In this document: positions 42,211-56,040 of the stretch, piece by piece
Numbering within the stretch: position 1 is the stretch's first letter
How the letters are laid out: the number at the start of each line of letters is the position of its first letter
Assembly: GCF_009914755.1 (NCBI RefSeq)
Contig: NC_060931.1
Strand: one strand, 5' to 3'
DNA from: the human T2T-CHM13v2.0 reference genome, Homo sapiens
Length of the DNA stretch: 64,000 nt
Made by a program: the position numbers and the translations under genes
Notes under the pieces: generated by a model
What the model saw: only the letters and a program-made list of their open reading frames with translations
Database searches by the model: none
Told to the model about the DNA's origin: nothing

Positions 42211-44829
42211 CTCAGTCAGGACTGGGTTACAGGGACAAAGATTGATAATATATGATCTTGATTTATTGTCAGTATTGCTGGTAGAGTCTTATAAGGCCAC
42301 TGAATAGGGATGTCAAGAAGACAAGCAAATTAGCAACTGATCCAAAGTAGAAATAAATTTTGATTATTGAAATATGTAATTGATATTAGGATGATTTTCA
42401 ATATAATCCTCCATCATGAAATCAGTAATCAAATAAAATTGAAGTCACAGCTAAAAAGGTCAGAATTAACTAATTTTTTCTTTTTGAGGCAATAATCTTA
42501 GGCCTTTATAGTTCATAGAGACACCAGAATCTGGATATATACTTCAATAAATATCAATTTATGAGACATTTTGCCTAAGGGGAAAACAGGTACCTGCTGA
42601 AAGCGTATCTTTTTTTCTTTTCCTTTCACCAGGAACATTTCACCTAGCTTGAGAAAGAGAAGATCCAGAAGTCCACACTGCTTCTATAATGCACATGGTG
42701 ACATTTAACTGTCAGCTATTATTTCTAAACTATTAACTTTTATGAAAGCTATTTAGATGATGATGTTGATGGCTAATAATACTGGCTTCAAAAATATCAT
42801 TGGGTGAAGGACAGAATCCTCATGGCAGTTTCTGCAGTCTTTTCATTTTTTAAAAGAAAAAATTGCAGCAACAGTTTGGTGTTGTCTCATTTTCTCTCAC
42901 TTAGAAGTATTCTTTTCTTTTTTCAAGATGAAACACCTTCAAGGATTGCCCCCTGAGGGTATTGTAAAAGGATTTGCAAACTTCAAATTAGACTGGTCGC
43001 TGCAGGTGGCTTCAGTGCCATGTCCTTGGTGACTTATACACAGTGTCCAGCACACAGTATGTACTCAAGAAGCAGATGCTGAATGAGTTATAGTAGTTGG
43101 AGCAGGAGTTTTATCTCAGTTGAGAGTTGATTGTTAGCAATGCATCTATTAGGAAGAAAAGGCCAAAAGTAAAATCAAACAGAATAGTCCTCTTATTGCA
43201 TTAATTTTTTGGTTCTCCAGTTTCTTTCACAGTTTCTGCTTATAATGCTGCTCTGAACAAGTTCTAAAATCCCTAAGCCAAGCCAGTTATTAATTCCCTG
43301 AGAAAATTCAATTTTATTTTTTTTAAAAGCAAAAATTTCTCTAAATCTTATTAATGGTTTTTCACCTAACAAAGCTAACAATGTAAACTTGGGAATTTTA
43401 AAGGTATTAACTAGAGATACTTTTAAGAATACTTACGGATTTTATGAACCATAAAAAGGAATTGTTATACTCTAACATAATTTTTTGTTTATTTTTCAAA
43501 TATCAGTCCATTAAGACACTTTATTTCTCTGACCTGATTTTCCCTGAGGCAACATATACATATATTTGTTTATGTAAAGGATCAATAGAAAAGTGATTCT
43601 CAGAAAGAAAATCATTAAATTATTCTGTAAGTAGACAGGTCTCTGCACAATAATGAATGAAGTAATCTTATTTCTTATTAGTAGTTCCAGAGAAATAATT
43701 TTAATTTTTGAATGTATCTGTATCTCCAGGTCTAAGTTAAAATGCTCACCTTTCTGTTGAAATGCTCACCTCACTGTCTCTCAAAGCACAAAACAGAGTC
43801 TAGGTTTCTGTGCACATTCACAAAGGAGCCCTAGAATATTCATTCAGGAGAGCAAATTTCTCTGCCCCTGCAAGAATAACAAACCCAAACTTCCAGAAGG
43901 GGTCAAGTCCAGAGGGCTGCACAAAGGCAACAAAACCATCCTTAATACTTTCTGTGTAATACAGAGCCAACTTCAAGGCTTTGCCAATCAGCAGTCAGAA
44001 GTCAGCCAGAAATAACCAATCTCCATCATAAAAATAAGGTCCGCCAGAGGCTGACTGAGTGGCCTCTGTTTAACCAGGGCATCATTTTTCTTCTTCTTCT
44101 TTTTTTTTTTTTTTAATCAATCTTTAACAGTAATTCAAAATTTGAAGAAATACTGCCTAGCACTCTTATAGCAACTTTAAATTTTTAAAACATATTTTGA
44201 TACTTATCATCTAAATGTTGTCTTAAAAACATCTGTAAGAGATATTTTGTATATGAGGTTACTGATACAGAGAATAATGAAATTATGGTTCTAAAATCCC
44301 ATAGAAATTGAATGTCAGAGTCACATTCAAGTTTCACAATTCTCTGTGTATAGTTTAGTGCTGCCCTTTTGCAAGGAAGGAATTTAGAATTCTCGTCTCT
44401 GCCCTCATGACAGAGACATTTAGAAAACACAGACTCACTAATTATCTACATCCTAAAGCAAAATTTTAGTTAATCTTCACCATTTACTTTCATGAAGAAA
44501 CTTAGTCGAGTTATTATGAAAATTATTTCAAAGAACAGAATCTGTTGGCAATGATGGACTCTAATGAGCAAATATTAAGCTGCTACATTAGTTTCCCAAA
44601 ATTAGTGCCCTTTATATTGCTTCCTTAAATGTAACCATTTCTGCCAGAATAATTAGATATTATTAGTCCTTGAAATCAAAAGCCATAGGGAACTAATTAC
44701 ATAAACTTGAATGAATATCTTAACTTTCTTGTGTGGCAGGCCATTGCCAGCCTTGTTTATAAAAAGCCCCTAAGTAAACATAAGTGTAAGACACCTGGAC
44801 CCTACAGACACAAAGAAGGAAATGTGTAA

Positions 44830-45240
44830 TGTGGCTGAGAATGGCCAGCCATCACAGAGCTCATTTCCTCTACCTTCTATGTTACTCACTAATGCTGCAG
44901 GTGGCTACATGACTTAATTCTAATCAATAGAATATAGAAACAGAAATGATAGGCACCAATTTCAGGCCTGTTTCACAAAAACTCCTCCAAGCCCTTTCCT
45001 CTTTGGCCAGCTTGATACAACAGGCATGGTGGCCTTGAAACCCATGTGCTGAAGATGACAGAGCCATAGAATAGAACAAGCCTAAAACCTTGCTTGATTC
45101 ACCACATGAGAGAAATTTGTCTACCAATTAGGAACAACAATTTTGGAAGTTGCAATGACTAAATTTCTGTCTTTCTTGAGTTACAAGGACAGAAAGAGTT
45201 AGAGTTTTTGACCGCAGGTGGTATTAATTTAACCAATGTC
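44830..45240 (+). mobile_element. MLT1J-like (ERVL-MaLR) LTR
   Basis: gtggctacatgacttaattctaatcaatagaat...ttcaggcctg...catgtgctgaagatgacagagcca. Confidence 0.6.
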
Positions 45241-45802
45241 TAAAGTATAACCCCAGCTTATGCACCAAAAAAGAGGACTTTGCATTAGAATGGTTCCACA
45301 CAATTTCAGGACTTGAAGGTACATGGACAGCTTGAGTTATGATTTTGCTAAGAAATAGAATGTCTTCCGTGGAATCATGATAAAACGGGTGTTAGTGTGG
45401 CCCTTTCAGGAGGTGTGAAGCTTAATGTCTGGCTCTGCCCTAGTCCCTTAGACTAGGAATATTCCTGTCCCTGAGCAGAGCGTGAACCATGTCGACAACC
45501 CTGGTTTTATCTTCACAGGAATGAAAGGAGGATATAGGGAGGCCATGATCACTAGATGTATCCATTATTGATGTTCTTCTCACATGCCTTTGATAGTTGA
45601 TAAAGCATGTGAGTAGGACTACTTGCCGTGTATAAACAGAATCCCAGACTTCTCTGATTATTTATATGTGCAATCACTATAAACTTATTGGATGAAATAT
45701 ACAAAGATAGTAGGCAGAACTTATTGGATGATATGCAAAAGGAAACTTTACTTTTATTTTCACTGAACTTTTAAAAGCATGCCATGAGTCTTCTTTGTCC
45801 TC

Positions 45803-46315
45803 TGTTGGGAGCAGGCCCCCCAAAATCTGGCCATAAACTGGCCCCAAAACTGGCCATAAACAAAATCTCTGCAGCACTATAACATGTTCAGAATGGTCTA
45901 ACGCCCAAGCTGGAAGGGTTGTGGGTTTACGGGAATGAGGGCAAGGGACACCTGGCCCTTCCAGGGTGGAAAACCGCTTAAAGGCATTCTTAAGCCACAA
46001 ACAATAGCATGAGCAATCTGTGCCTTAAGGACATGCTCCTGCTGCAGTTAACTAGCCCAACCTATTCCTTTAATTCGGCCCATCCCTTCGTTTCCCATAA
46101 GGGATACTTTTAGTTAATCGAATATCTATAGAAACAATGCTAATGACTGGCTTGCTGTTAATGAATATGTGGGTAAATCTCTTTTCAGGGCTGTCAGCTC
46201 TGAAGGCTGTGAGACCCCTGATTTCCCACTTCATACCTCTATATTTCTGTGTGTGCATCTTTAATTCCTCTAGCGCCACTGGGTTAGGGTCTCCCTGACT
46301 AGGCTGGTCTCGGCA
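45803..46315 (+). mobile_element. MER9 solo LTR (HERV-K9/HML-3, ERVK)
   Basis: tgttgggagcaggccccccaaaatctggccataaactggcc...ctggtctcggca, 513 bp. Perfect 6-bp TSD gtcctc (45797-45802 / 46316-46321). Confidence 0.95.
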
Positions 46316-47114
46316 GTCCTCTGCCCCTGGATGAAATTTAGGGAATGTCCTACCATTTTTCTGAGCACCTTCATGTAAAATATAGGCTCAATTCAAAACT
46401 ACAGTGACTAATCCACTGCTGTAATTAAAACCTTAAAATTCTTTGAAAGATTCACCTTTGGTCCTCCCTAATTCTTCTGTAGGCAAGCCATATGCATGGA
46501 AGAGTGGAGTATTTCTCTTTCCCTTACTTCTAAAACTGGTTACAATTATTTAGACTTGAAGGAATAACAGATCTGTAAATATTATTATGGGAATATAATA
46601 TCTGTTATCAATATCAGATTCTTAGAATAATCCAAAGGTATAAAATTAACATGACTTACAAGTGAAAGTGTCTATACATTTAAAATTAAATCTAAGTTTC
46701 CTCTGATAATGGTTATAATATACCTTAACTATTGTTCAGTAGAAAACACTGGACATCAGCCAGATAATAACTTCAAATTCTTAACCTTAAATCCTAATTC
46801 CTTCAACAATGCTGGTGCTTAATTTAGGAAACAAATAATACATTTTGTTTTACTGAATTGTAATTCAGAATGAGACTGTATTACCTCAGGCAACCATATG
46901 AGATGCTATTAAAAATGTAATTTATTCTACTACATAAAAAATAACTAAAAATGCTCTAAATCATAGAAGTGGTGTAAGCAATGAACTGAAATATATTTCA
47001 AATTTATTAAATTCCAAAATATGTTCATTCTACTTCTATGCACATGCAGCACTCAAAAAAGCCAATGCCACTTTTTAAAATCTAAATTTGGTTATAAGAA
47101 ACCATTTTGAAAAG

Positions 47115-47210
47115 CATTAATAATTGTTGAAGCTGGGTGGGGAACAAATGCGTATTCATTATATATTCTCTCAATGTTTATGTATGCTTTAAAGTTTACA
47201 TAATACACAT
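47115..47210 (+). mobile_element. L1M 3' end fragment (L1MC-like)
   Basis: taataattgttgaagctgggtg...ttcattatatattctctc...tttatgtatg. Confidence 0.5.
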
Positions 47211-47559
47211 TTTGTTATGGTAACTATTGTTTGAATAAAAAGAAGCTTATATTTGAGCCAATTAATTTTACCACCCATAGGAAAACAGAGTGACTCTTTA
47301 AGTGGGACAGAAATATAGTTGTCAAGCAAAGGGTCACACCAGGTATTATTCCAATACCAGGTTCAGGTGTGGCAAAAGAACCAGAAATATCTGAAGTTAA
47401 CACATCAGACAACTTTCAAGCAGACAATCTGCAGCAAAATAAAATAGCCAAAGGTACAACTGATCCACTGTGCCAACCTGAATTTCAATGGATATTTGTA
47501 TTTCAACCACTTCACAATGTGTAACCACATATATATTGTATATGTATATAAACACTTAC

Positions 47560-48110
47560 ATAACCATGTATAACCACAATCCTGACTTTTGTAATAAGTG
47601 CCTTGTTTCTTAGTAGTGTTACCATATATAGATACATCCCTAAATGACATATTACTTAGTTTTGTTTACTTCTGAACTTTATGTAAATGGAATAATATTA
47701 TATGTACACTTTGTTGACCTGTTTATTTTATTTAAAAAAAAATTGAGAGATTCATTCATGTTGATGTACTTACCTGCAGTTCATTTATTTTTGTTGGTAT
47801 TCTTTGGTGTAACAATATCAACACGGTATTGTTGTTGATTATTTATCAATAATCTACTTTTGATGAATTTTGGAGTCATGCTTATTTTCTAGTTATTACA
47901 AGCAAAACAACCTTATTAATTTTATGAGTATGAGTTAATCTAGGATAAATCTGAGATTGGAATTGCTGAGTGATAGGGTACCTGTTCTATATTTTTAGGT
48001 ATTGTCAAACTTTTTCCCAAAGATTTTTGTACCAATTGCCATTAGCAATGTAGACAATTACCATGGCTTTTCATCCTCACTAATACTTTCATTTCTTCAT
48101 TTTTTGGCCA
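47560..48110 (-). mobile_element. Old L1M 3' fragment
   Basis: tgaactttatgtaaatggaataata, tgagagattcattcatgttg, ggaattgctgagtgatagggta. Confidence 0.6.
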
Positions 48111-48469
48111 GTTATGCAGGCATATTTTTAGCTTTAAATGTAGCAATGCCTATGATGGTAAATACTAGAAAAAGACAAAAATGATGTAATTCTCTGAACT
48201 CAAGTTTATCTCTAGCCTTAAGAGTTTCACCTATTTTTCAGATTCTTGCCAATAATAACCTTAAATGATAAAAACAAGGGATACTCCTTCAGAGTGCAAA
48301 GCAGTCGCTTCTAAAGTAAAGCAGAAATAATTAGCTGCCTGGAAAGACTAAAATTAAGGGAGACAGACCTTTTAAATGAATAACAACACTGACATTTAAG
48401 TTTTACTACTTACACTGAGTATCTTTCATTTGCCCATTTAGACCCAACTTATGCTTCCCTATCATATAT

Positions 48470-48830
48470 TAATAAGACATCCACAGGACCCATTGCCTCT
48501 GGCTTCTGATTGGATTCAACTACTGGAGAGCTCCAACAGAAAATAGGAAGAAGAAAACTACCTCTTGCGGGAAACTAAGACCCGGCCTGTGTTCTAGAGG
48601 TGCCACTCCTCTCAAGGCATCCTCCACAGGACCCTCTCATTTTGGGTTCCAGTAACCTCTTACTCCCCTCATTCCTTCAGGCCTAGGGATGGTAATGATT
48701 TTGTCATTTCAAACTCTAGGGTGATGGAGCTTCCCTTACACCCTCGATAACTTTATAGTTTATTAGGCTTTCTTGAGTTATTCTAATTTGCATATGGCTT
48801 CTGTTTCCTGTTGGGACACTGACTGATATA
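48470..48830 (+). mobile_element. LTR33-like (ERVL) LTR
   Basis: tgcctctggcttctgattgg...cccctcattccttcaggcctagggatggtaa...tctgtttcctgttgggacactgactgatata. Confidence 0.65.
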
Positions 48831-48836
48831 CGACTC

Positions 48837-49012
48837 TAGTGATCCTCAAACTTTAGTGTGTATTAAAGTCACCTGGCAGACTTGTTAAAGCAGAGACTGC
48901 TGAATAACACCTCTGTAGTTTCTGATTCAATAGGTCTGGATTGGGACCTGAGAACTTATGCCTGTAACAATTTTCCATTTAATTCTCAGAGACTACACTT
49001 TATGAATCACTC
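48837..49012 (-). mobile_element. MER5A (hAT-Charlie)
   Basis: tagtgatcctcaaactttagtgtg...tcacctgg...gtttctgattcaataggtctgg...actacactttatgaatcact. Confidence 0.8.
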
Positions 49013-49504
49013 TACCAGTACTCTATCATGTCTCAGGCTCAATGGGACTTAGCCCCATTGGTCTAGAAGAAGGACCAGTAGCTACTATAGTCCTGAGTTC
49101 CTTTGAGGAAAAAGTATTGGGTGAGTGTGAGAATATGCCAGAAGCCCTAGAACCTTAGGATCAGGGGAGAAGATTATAAAACATCTTAGGTGTTAACGGG
49201 AATACTCTATCTCTGGTTCCAGTTAAGTAGAAGAACATACAAAGGCTATTTCTTTGATTTAGCTTTTTTCTTCCTTAAAATACATGAATTCTAGTTTAGT
49301 TGGAAAATTTTTATATACAATTTTTCTTTGGAAGCATGAACAGTAGCATGTTAAACTACATAGCTTGAGAAATATTATTAATTTTCTTCTCTAAATGGCA
49401 AGTAGAATAAGGAGGATATAAAGAGAAAAGTGTCCAGGTTTTTAAAAAGGCTATATAGATCCCTTTAATCAATTGTAAAACAGTGGGAGGGAGCCAATAT
49501 TCCA

Positions 49505-49715
49505 ATATTAATTGAGCACCTACTATTTGCCCGTCTCTTATAAACATTAACTCCTTTTATCCTCCCATGGAAATCAAAGTAATAGATAGATGAGGACACA
49601 GAGAGAAACATGAGAAGTTAAATAGCTTGTCCAATTTTCACAGCTCATGATAAAGTTAGTATTGGAACTGAATGCCTATCTCCAATGGCTACAATTTCCC
49701 CACTAAGCCACACTG
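49505..49715 (-). mobile_element. MIR SINE
   Basis: attaattgagcacctactat...agatgaggacacagag...aagttaaatagcttgtccaa. Confidence 0.55.
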
Positions 49716-49738
49716 GTCCCAAAATAGAACACAAAGAT

Positions 49739-50033
49739 TGTCATAGATGCTATACTGCCCTCAGGACTGAGCGTGGCCCGCTGACAGCTCTCAACCCTCA
49801 GTCACTGCCCTTGGCTGGAGAGGACTGCTTTGCTAGGCTGCCTCTACTCACTGAGGAATTTATTGAGGTTGCGTAAAGTTCTGGACCCATTGGCAGACTA
49901 CAGCCCAACTATTCCCTCTGCCTACTTCTGCTTCCCTTCCATGATGGCTAATCCAGAGAACATTCCCTAATAAACTGTCTGTATGCTAATTTCCATCTCA
50001 GCGACTGTTTCTCAGAAAATCTAGCCTGCGGCA
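49739..50033 (+). mobile_element. LTR16-like (ERVL) LTR, internally deleted
   Basis: tccctctgcctacttctgcttcccttcc...ccctaataaac...ccatctcagcgactgtttctcagaaaatctagcctgcggca. Confidence 0.6.
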
Positions 50034-52703
50034 AAGATAGCCTCTTTTGGTCATTTAAATTGATAAGAAAACAAGGAATGGCTCATACAATCATAAATTT
50101 TCTTATATTGTAAGATGATCAAAATTTGAATGCTCAGAGCTGCATTTAAAAATGTGAACAGTGATTTAACTGAAAAGGTCAATAGTTCCTACGCTGTCTT
50201 GAATATTGATGGATTTCTAACATAAAAAACAAACACAGAAAAATTTGGGACAAAGTGGGATCCTTAAGAATACATGAATATGCATTTTCTTGCCTTATCT
50301 CTCTTGTTCTCCCCTCTCACTTCCACCTTCCTCCTCCCTCTCTAATGCTATTCTCTTGTTTTTTTTTCTCTCTCTCCCCATCTTGAATCTGTCCCTCTCT
50401 TTCTAATCCTCTCTTTTTCTATAGTCGTGTGCCTTGTGTTTCAGAGAAGACAGTTTATTCTCCCCTATATCAGCTTTTAAATGGAGTCTCAGCATTTACC
50501 ACAGTCACTTTGATTGAGGTTCTCTTCTTGCTCCAGCTTATTAAATTCTGAAAACAATCATTCTCTTTGTGTTGGGGTGGCAGCAACATTATTAGCTTTT
50601 TGTCCCCTGAGATTCCTAATCTCTTTTCCAAACTCTCTTAGACAACCATACAAAACTGAGGAAGTGTTGTAAATTCCAAAGTTGCACTTAAGGAAAATTA
50701 ATTTGAATCCATGTTTGTAGGTGCTTACTTCTCTAACATGACTTGGACCAGTAGTTGTTCAGTTAATCAAAAACCCAGTTTATAGTTAGGACATACATCC
50801 TAAACATTTTAACTTAAAACTATGAATGTATGTTTATTTGCCACTACATATGTTCATCTTTTATTGGGGAGCTAAGGTCTTTTTATTAAGTGAAGATCAC
50901 ATGATCAGAGTTCTACATCATCTTTCTTGAACAAAACCTGTAATGTGTCATCTTCAGTTTCCAGTTTCACTTTCTTTAATGTGGAGCAAAAATGTAATGA
51001 CACTTGTGAAGCAACCTGAATAAGGAAATTCCCCTAAGAACACACCATCTTTTACAGTGTTCTTATCCCAAGCTAATATGACAAGAACTATTTTAAACAA
51101 CCCATTTCTTTTTGGTATTTCCAAAGTATGCCACTTAGAGTCCATAGAAACAAGAGCTCTTTAAACTTGTATTTTATTGGTTTGTTTATATCTAATTAAA
51201 TACCATAATTTCAATATTAGTTGAAATTTTGTGCAATTACATAATTATGTACATATTATATGCAATTAGTACAGTTGGCACTAACAGGTTTGGCAACAAG
51301 CACAACTAACTCTTTTTTAGTAAGCCTACAACCCAACTGGAAGCCACAGAAGAATGTGGGCTGGCCAAAGAGTAGCCACTTAGCCATGAGCACCAAGTAC
51401 ACCACGGACATCCATCAGTATGATTACAGAGAGAATGGAAAGTGAGAGTTAATCTGGCAAGGTGGCTAATTCAAAGTTGGTCAAAAGAGCTCCTGCTCAA
51501 TTTCCAAACCCAAAGGGATGACTGAATTATTCTCAAGTTTTACTTTCTTAAAAAGTGATTTAATTTTTATATTTTCCATCCAATGCCCTTTCTCCAATCT
51601 ACCTGACAGTAGTATCTATTGCTTCTAAAATATTGTGGAAGAATCATGTTTTAAGTGATCATCACCATATTATATATTTTCATAGAATGAATACTTAAAG
51701 AATTAAGTGTCGACACAACCTTGGGGAGCAGGAGGAGGGCGCAAGGTTTTTGGAGTGGCTCTGAGTGTCTGGACTGAGATTTTTAAATATTTCTTTCTCC
51801 AACTCATCAGCACAATTTAAAAAGTCACTGGCTCAACAACAGCAACAAAAATTAAGCCAGAGTATGCATGTGTATTTTTGTGGTAGTGAGGGGATATGTT
51901 ATGTTTGTGGGGCCAAATCCAGAAGAAAAATGCAATCATTATACATAAAAAACAATCTCTGAATCCTTTCAATAAATGCCAGTGCATCTGAGTGGCTTGT
52001 TGGGCTTTGATATACCTCTCTTCACTTACCAGGAATTAGAGATGAACTCATAAACTAATTGTAGCTCATACAAGATTGCTCTATCACTAAATACAATTTT
52101 ACCACAATCAACTACCATCATTTTAGAAAATATTATTTTTTCTCAAGAAATCAAGATAACCAGTTTCAAAACAATAAACACTAACCAAAATTTTTGATTT
52201 GGAATTAAGAATGAAAATATTTAAAGTACATTTTTGAAGTATTAATATAATTCTTCTCTGAAAGTAGAACTATACAGTAGCTATGAGAGATGAATGTTGT
52301 CTTAATTTATTCTGTCTTTTTACAGTGAAATAATAATAAAATCTCAATGTAAAGGTGTATTTGATATTATTTATCATTTGTAAGTAAAGGAGGAGGCTCA
52401 GAGAGGTGAAGTAACTCAGCAAAGGTTATGCACCAATGATAAACCAGAATTAAAACTCAAGTTTCTTGACATAGAATCCATATTTTACCAACAACTTGTA
52501 TCCCTACTTATTACCACAACACAATATATCCATCAATACATTCTACTGAAAAATAAAAACCCTTAGAAGGTCTTGGTTTTAGATTTTTTTTTAATTTTCA
52601 GCTAAATTATATTATATTTGACATCAATAAATGATTATAATGCTAAAAGAAGAAATAATTGTAGCTTCTCAGAGCTGCAGAAAGTAAAAAGAATTCTAAT
52701 GTA

Positions 52704-53021
52704 TGTATTAGTCAGCGCTTTCTAGGTTTTTTTGTGCTAACAAACATCCTCATAATGTCAGTGGTTTAATATAACAAATATTAGTGCCAATTTTACACAT
52801 AGTGGAGGCTGGTGGAAGCTTCACCACTTTGTAGATGCACAATCTGCATGAATATGTGGGATCAGATGTTGTAAATAAAAATGTCTTATTCAGAGGATAA
52901 AAGACTGGAAATTGCACATGGGCTTTCAAAGTCTCACTTAGAAAAGTGTCATGTTGTGAGAGAGCCAGGAAGCGTAAAGGAACAAGTGAAATATTTGATG
53001 AGCATTAATGTCTCTATCTCA
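52704..53021 (-). mobile_element. Old MLT1 (ERVL-MaLR) LTR
   Basis: tgtattagtcag...taacaaacatcctcataatgtcagtggtttaa...atatttgatgagca. Confidence 0.55.
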
Positions 53022-53244
53022 TTTTTAACTTCTTATGCATCTTCTACTTACAGAGTATAAGATGGTTTTTCATAGATTCTGTTTTAGCTAAGTCTTTTCC
53101 TAGTGTTTCAACCATATTCATGAGTTCATGAATATGGTCTTTTGACCCCTGTTACATTGCCTGCATTTTCCCATGATTTATGTATAATACACACCAAATA
53201 TGAGTTCATCCATTTCTCTATTATCTGAAGACATTCTTAGTATT

Positions 53245-53923
53245 AAAAATTTGAAACATCTGATTAATTTTTATATTGATTACATGTTGAAATGATATTT
53301 TGGATATGTTGGGTTACATAAAGTACATTATTTTAATTAATTTTATCCCTTTACTTTTTTCAATGTGACTCTTTAGAACTGTGAAAGTCTGAGTTTTTAA
53401 TCCTACTTTCAGGCTAACAAGTTAACCTGCCACATTTTCATGGATGCTGACAGAAGACATGATTCTCCTGAGTCAGAAATAAAGGAATATATTACCCATG
53501 CTACCGCCAACCACATGAGCTTCGTATTTGGAAACAATCAGTTCCCATTGTTCCTCCAAGTCCTTTGGGAGCAATGCAGAGTAGCCCAAGTGGGCTGTGT
53601 ATGTGCAGTTTGTTCATTTAACAGCTGAGGGAATTAAAATCTTTTATGATGAACTAGAAGCAAACCTACCTGACTTCTGCATTGGAGAGAGACATTATTA
53701 TACCAGACAACAAACATCTACCCTTTCTTCCAGAGTGACACACTATCTCTATCTTCCAAAGTTCTTTTTTATACAAACATCCTTCAAAGACAGACAAGAA
53801 CAAAAGGACAATTACTGCCTTGCCCGTAAGAAACATGAGATATCATGGATAATTATCTCCCAGGAGAGGCTACTAGAAAATTAAAAATTACATATGTGGC
53901 TTGCATTATGTTGCTTTTGGACA
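53245..53923 (-). mobile_element. MER33 (hAT-Charlie) interrupted by an LTR
   Basis: ttatattgattacatgttgaaatgatattttggatat...aatgtgact | ggctactagaaaattaaaaattacatatgtggcttgcattat...ttggacag. Confidence 0.75.
53380..53862 (-). mobile_element. ERVL LTR of the MER54/MER73/MER74/LTR53 group
   Basis: gctaacaagttaacctgccacattttcatggatgctgacagaagaca...actatctctatcttccaa...atacaaacatcctt...catggataattatctccca. Confidence 0.65.
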
Positions 53924-54826
53924 GAAGTATTCTTAGTCTTCCTTCCAATTTTATGAGCTGCTTAAACTAAAAAAGTACCTTTGCAGTTACGTAAATAGCA
54001 ATCCCTCACCCCATCGTAAAGTCAGACCCCGTGGTATCCTTTTACCTGATTAAAGCAATTATGGTTTTAAAACATTGTCTCCTATGTGATTTATTAAACT
54101 TCAAATGTGATAGGTGAATTTGTTAATGAACCACAGAAATATTAGTAAAAAATTACTAATTTGTGGAATCTTGTCTCCTTATGTTATTCACTAGCATAGT
54201 AGTAGAGAGAGGTAAGCAACATCTTAATATTTAGCATAGCTCCTCCCTTTTCTCAGTTTCCAGATCATCCTAAAATATGAAGTTAAGACAGAGCTTACAA
54301 GAATCCAAGGGAGAGAGAGAGGAGTCGCAATCTCTCCAAATACATGACTTTCAAGTAAGGCAAACTGACAAAACATAGTAAAAATAATCTCTCCCCAAAT
54401 ACAACCCACAGGAAAGCTCTAGAGAACATGCATGTATTGTCTGAAATTACGCACTGTTAAAGGAAATAGATTAAACTTGATGAAAGCAAGGAAAAGCAGG
54501 CTGTACATACAGAATTGCTCTGGAGATTTCCTGTTTGTCGGGTACTATAGCAGTTCCGCCATCCATCCCTGGAGAGAGCAAATTCACAGAACCTGAAGGG
54601 GAGACTAAAAAGGGCTCTTTTTGACCTTGGATAGTATTTCATCCCTTAAAGACTTAAGAAAGACTTGACATTTGGGAAGAAGTCATCAACAGTGCGGGGG
54701 CCCACTCACATGCCTCTACCACAGGTAAAAGAATGAGGTTAATAAGCTTGTCTCATGACTGTCAGGTTCTGTCACAATTGTCCCTAGTCTTGAAAATACA
54801 GCCATAGCAGATTGCAATAAGTACAT

Positions 54827-55189
54827 TGATATGGTTTGGCTCTGTGTTCCCACCCAAATGTCATGTTGAATTATAATCCCATAATCCCCAGGTGCTGAGG
54901 GCAGGACCTTGTGGGAGGTGATTGGATCATGGGAGCAGTTTCCCCCATGCTGTTCTCGTGATAGTGAGTTCTCACGAGATCTGATGGTTTTATAAGTGTT
55001 TGACAGTTTTTCCTATACACACTCTCTCTCACCTGCTGCCATGTAATACATGCCTGCTTCTCCTTCTGCCATGATTGTAAATTTCCTGAGGCCTCCCAGC
55101 CATATGGAACTGTGAGTCATTTAAACCTCTTTCCTTTATAAATTGCTCAGTCTTGGGTATTTATAGCAGTGTGACAACAAACTAATATG
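54827..55189 (+). mobile_element. THE1D-like (ERVL-MaLR) solo LTR
   Basis: tgatatggtttggctctgtg...ctcacgagatctgatggttttataag...actaatat. 5-bp TSD tacat (54822-54826 / 55190-55194). Confidence 0.93.
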
Positions 55190-55869
55190 TACATTTATAA
55201 AATTCTACAAGATATATTTAAGGAAACAACTGAAGTTAATTTTACTTATTCCTTTCAGAGTTTTTGTGGATGTTGGAATTGTCTGAGGATTTGAGCAGGG
55301 CATTTGAGCCCTTAGCCAGGACTCTGTTATTCGATCCCATGAGAACGGACCTAGCACTGTGAGAAACACATTTCCTCCTTTTAATACTGTAGCTGATTTT
55401 TAAAAAGGGAAAAACAAAAAGTAATTTTTTTACATAGTTAGAAGAGGAAAAGAGACATATTGGCAGGAAGTAAGCAATACAATATAGTTTTTTTAACACC
55501 TGTTGTGGTTATTTATATGATAACCAAATTTACCAAATACCAAATTATATGATGACTAATTTAGTAAGGCCCAAATTACAGTGTCCAGTATGATAGCTAT
55601 ATTTGCAAATATGGAGATAATAAGATGGCTATATGAAATTTGGAACATGCCTGAGCAAATAATATTAACAAAGAACAAAACTTTATCATCCAAGCTTAGA
55701 GCAAGTAACTTTCAGATATTTTCTAGAAAATGTATTTAGCATGTCTGCAAATTTTATATTGATTTACAAAATTTTCAGAATCAGCATTCAAGAATTCTGT
55801 ATTTTGGTACATAATTTCAGTCCTCTCAATACTTGACTCTTAGGCTCATGTAATAGCAAGAGTTCTTGT

Positions 55870-56040
55870 ATGACTGAACTGATTATAGCTCTGTTCATTA
55901 CTAGCTTTTTGAAAATCTTAGGCAAACCTCTTAACCACTCTGCCTCAGTTTCTTTCCTTTGTGAAATGAACAATAATAATTCCTATCCGTAAAGTTAGGG
56001 TGAGGATAAAACAAAATCTACAAAACTATTTGAAAAAGAA
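55870..56040 (+). mobile_element. MIR SINE
   Basis: cttaggcaaacctcttaaccactctgcctcagtttctttcctttgtgaaatg is the MIR core. Confidence 0.65.

Noticed and set aside
43740-43771. 12-bp direct repeat aaatgctcacct; also atccagacatt twice near 59100-59150
   Set aside because: Too short to interpret; probably small slippage events or chance.
45820-45862. Repeated ctggccataaac / ctggcccc units
   Set aside because: Intrinsic to the MER9 LTR 5' end.
51238-51251. 14-bp AT-rich palindrome tacataattatgta
   Set aside because: Expected by chance in 64 kb of AT-rich DNA.
52024-52033. Consensus minus-strand donors (here and at ~47768-47776)
   Set aside because: No matching acceptor at exon-like distance, and the second lies inside an L1M relic.
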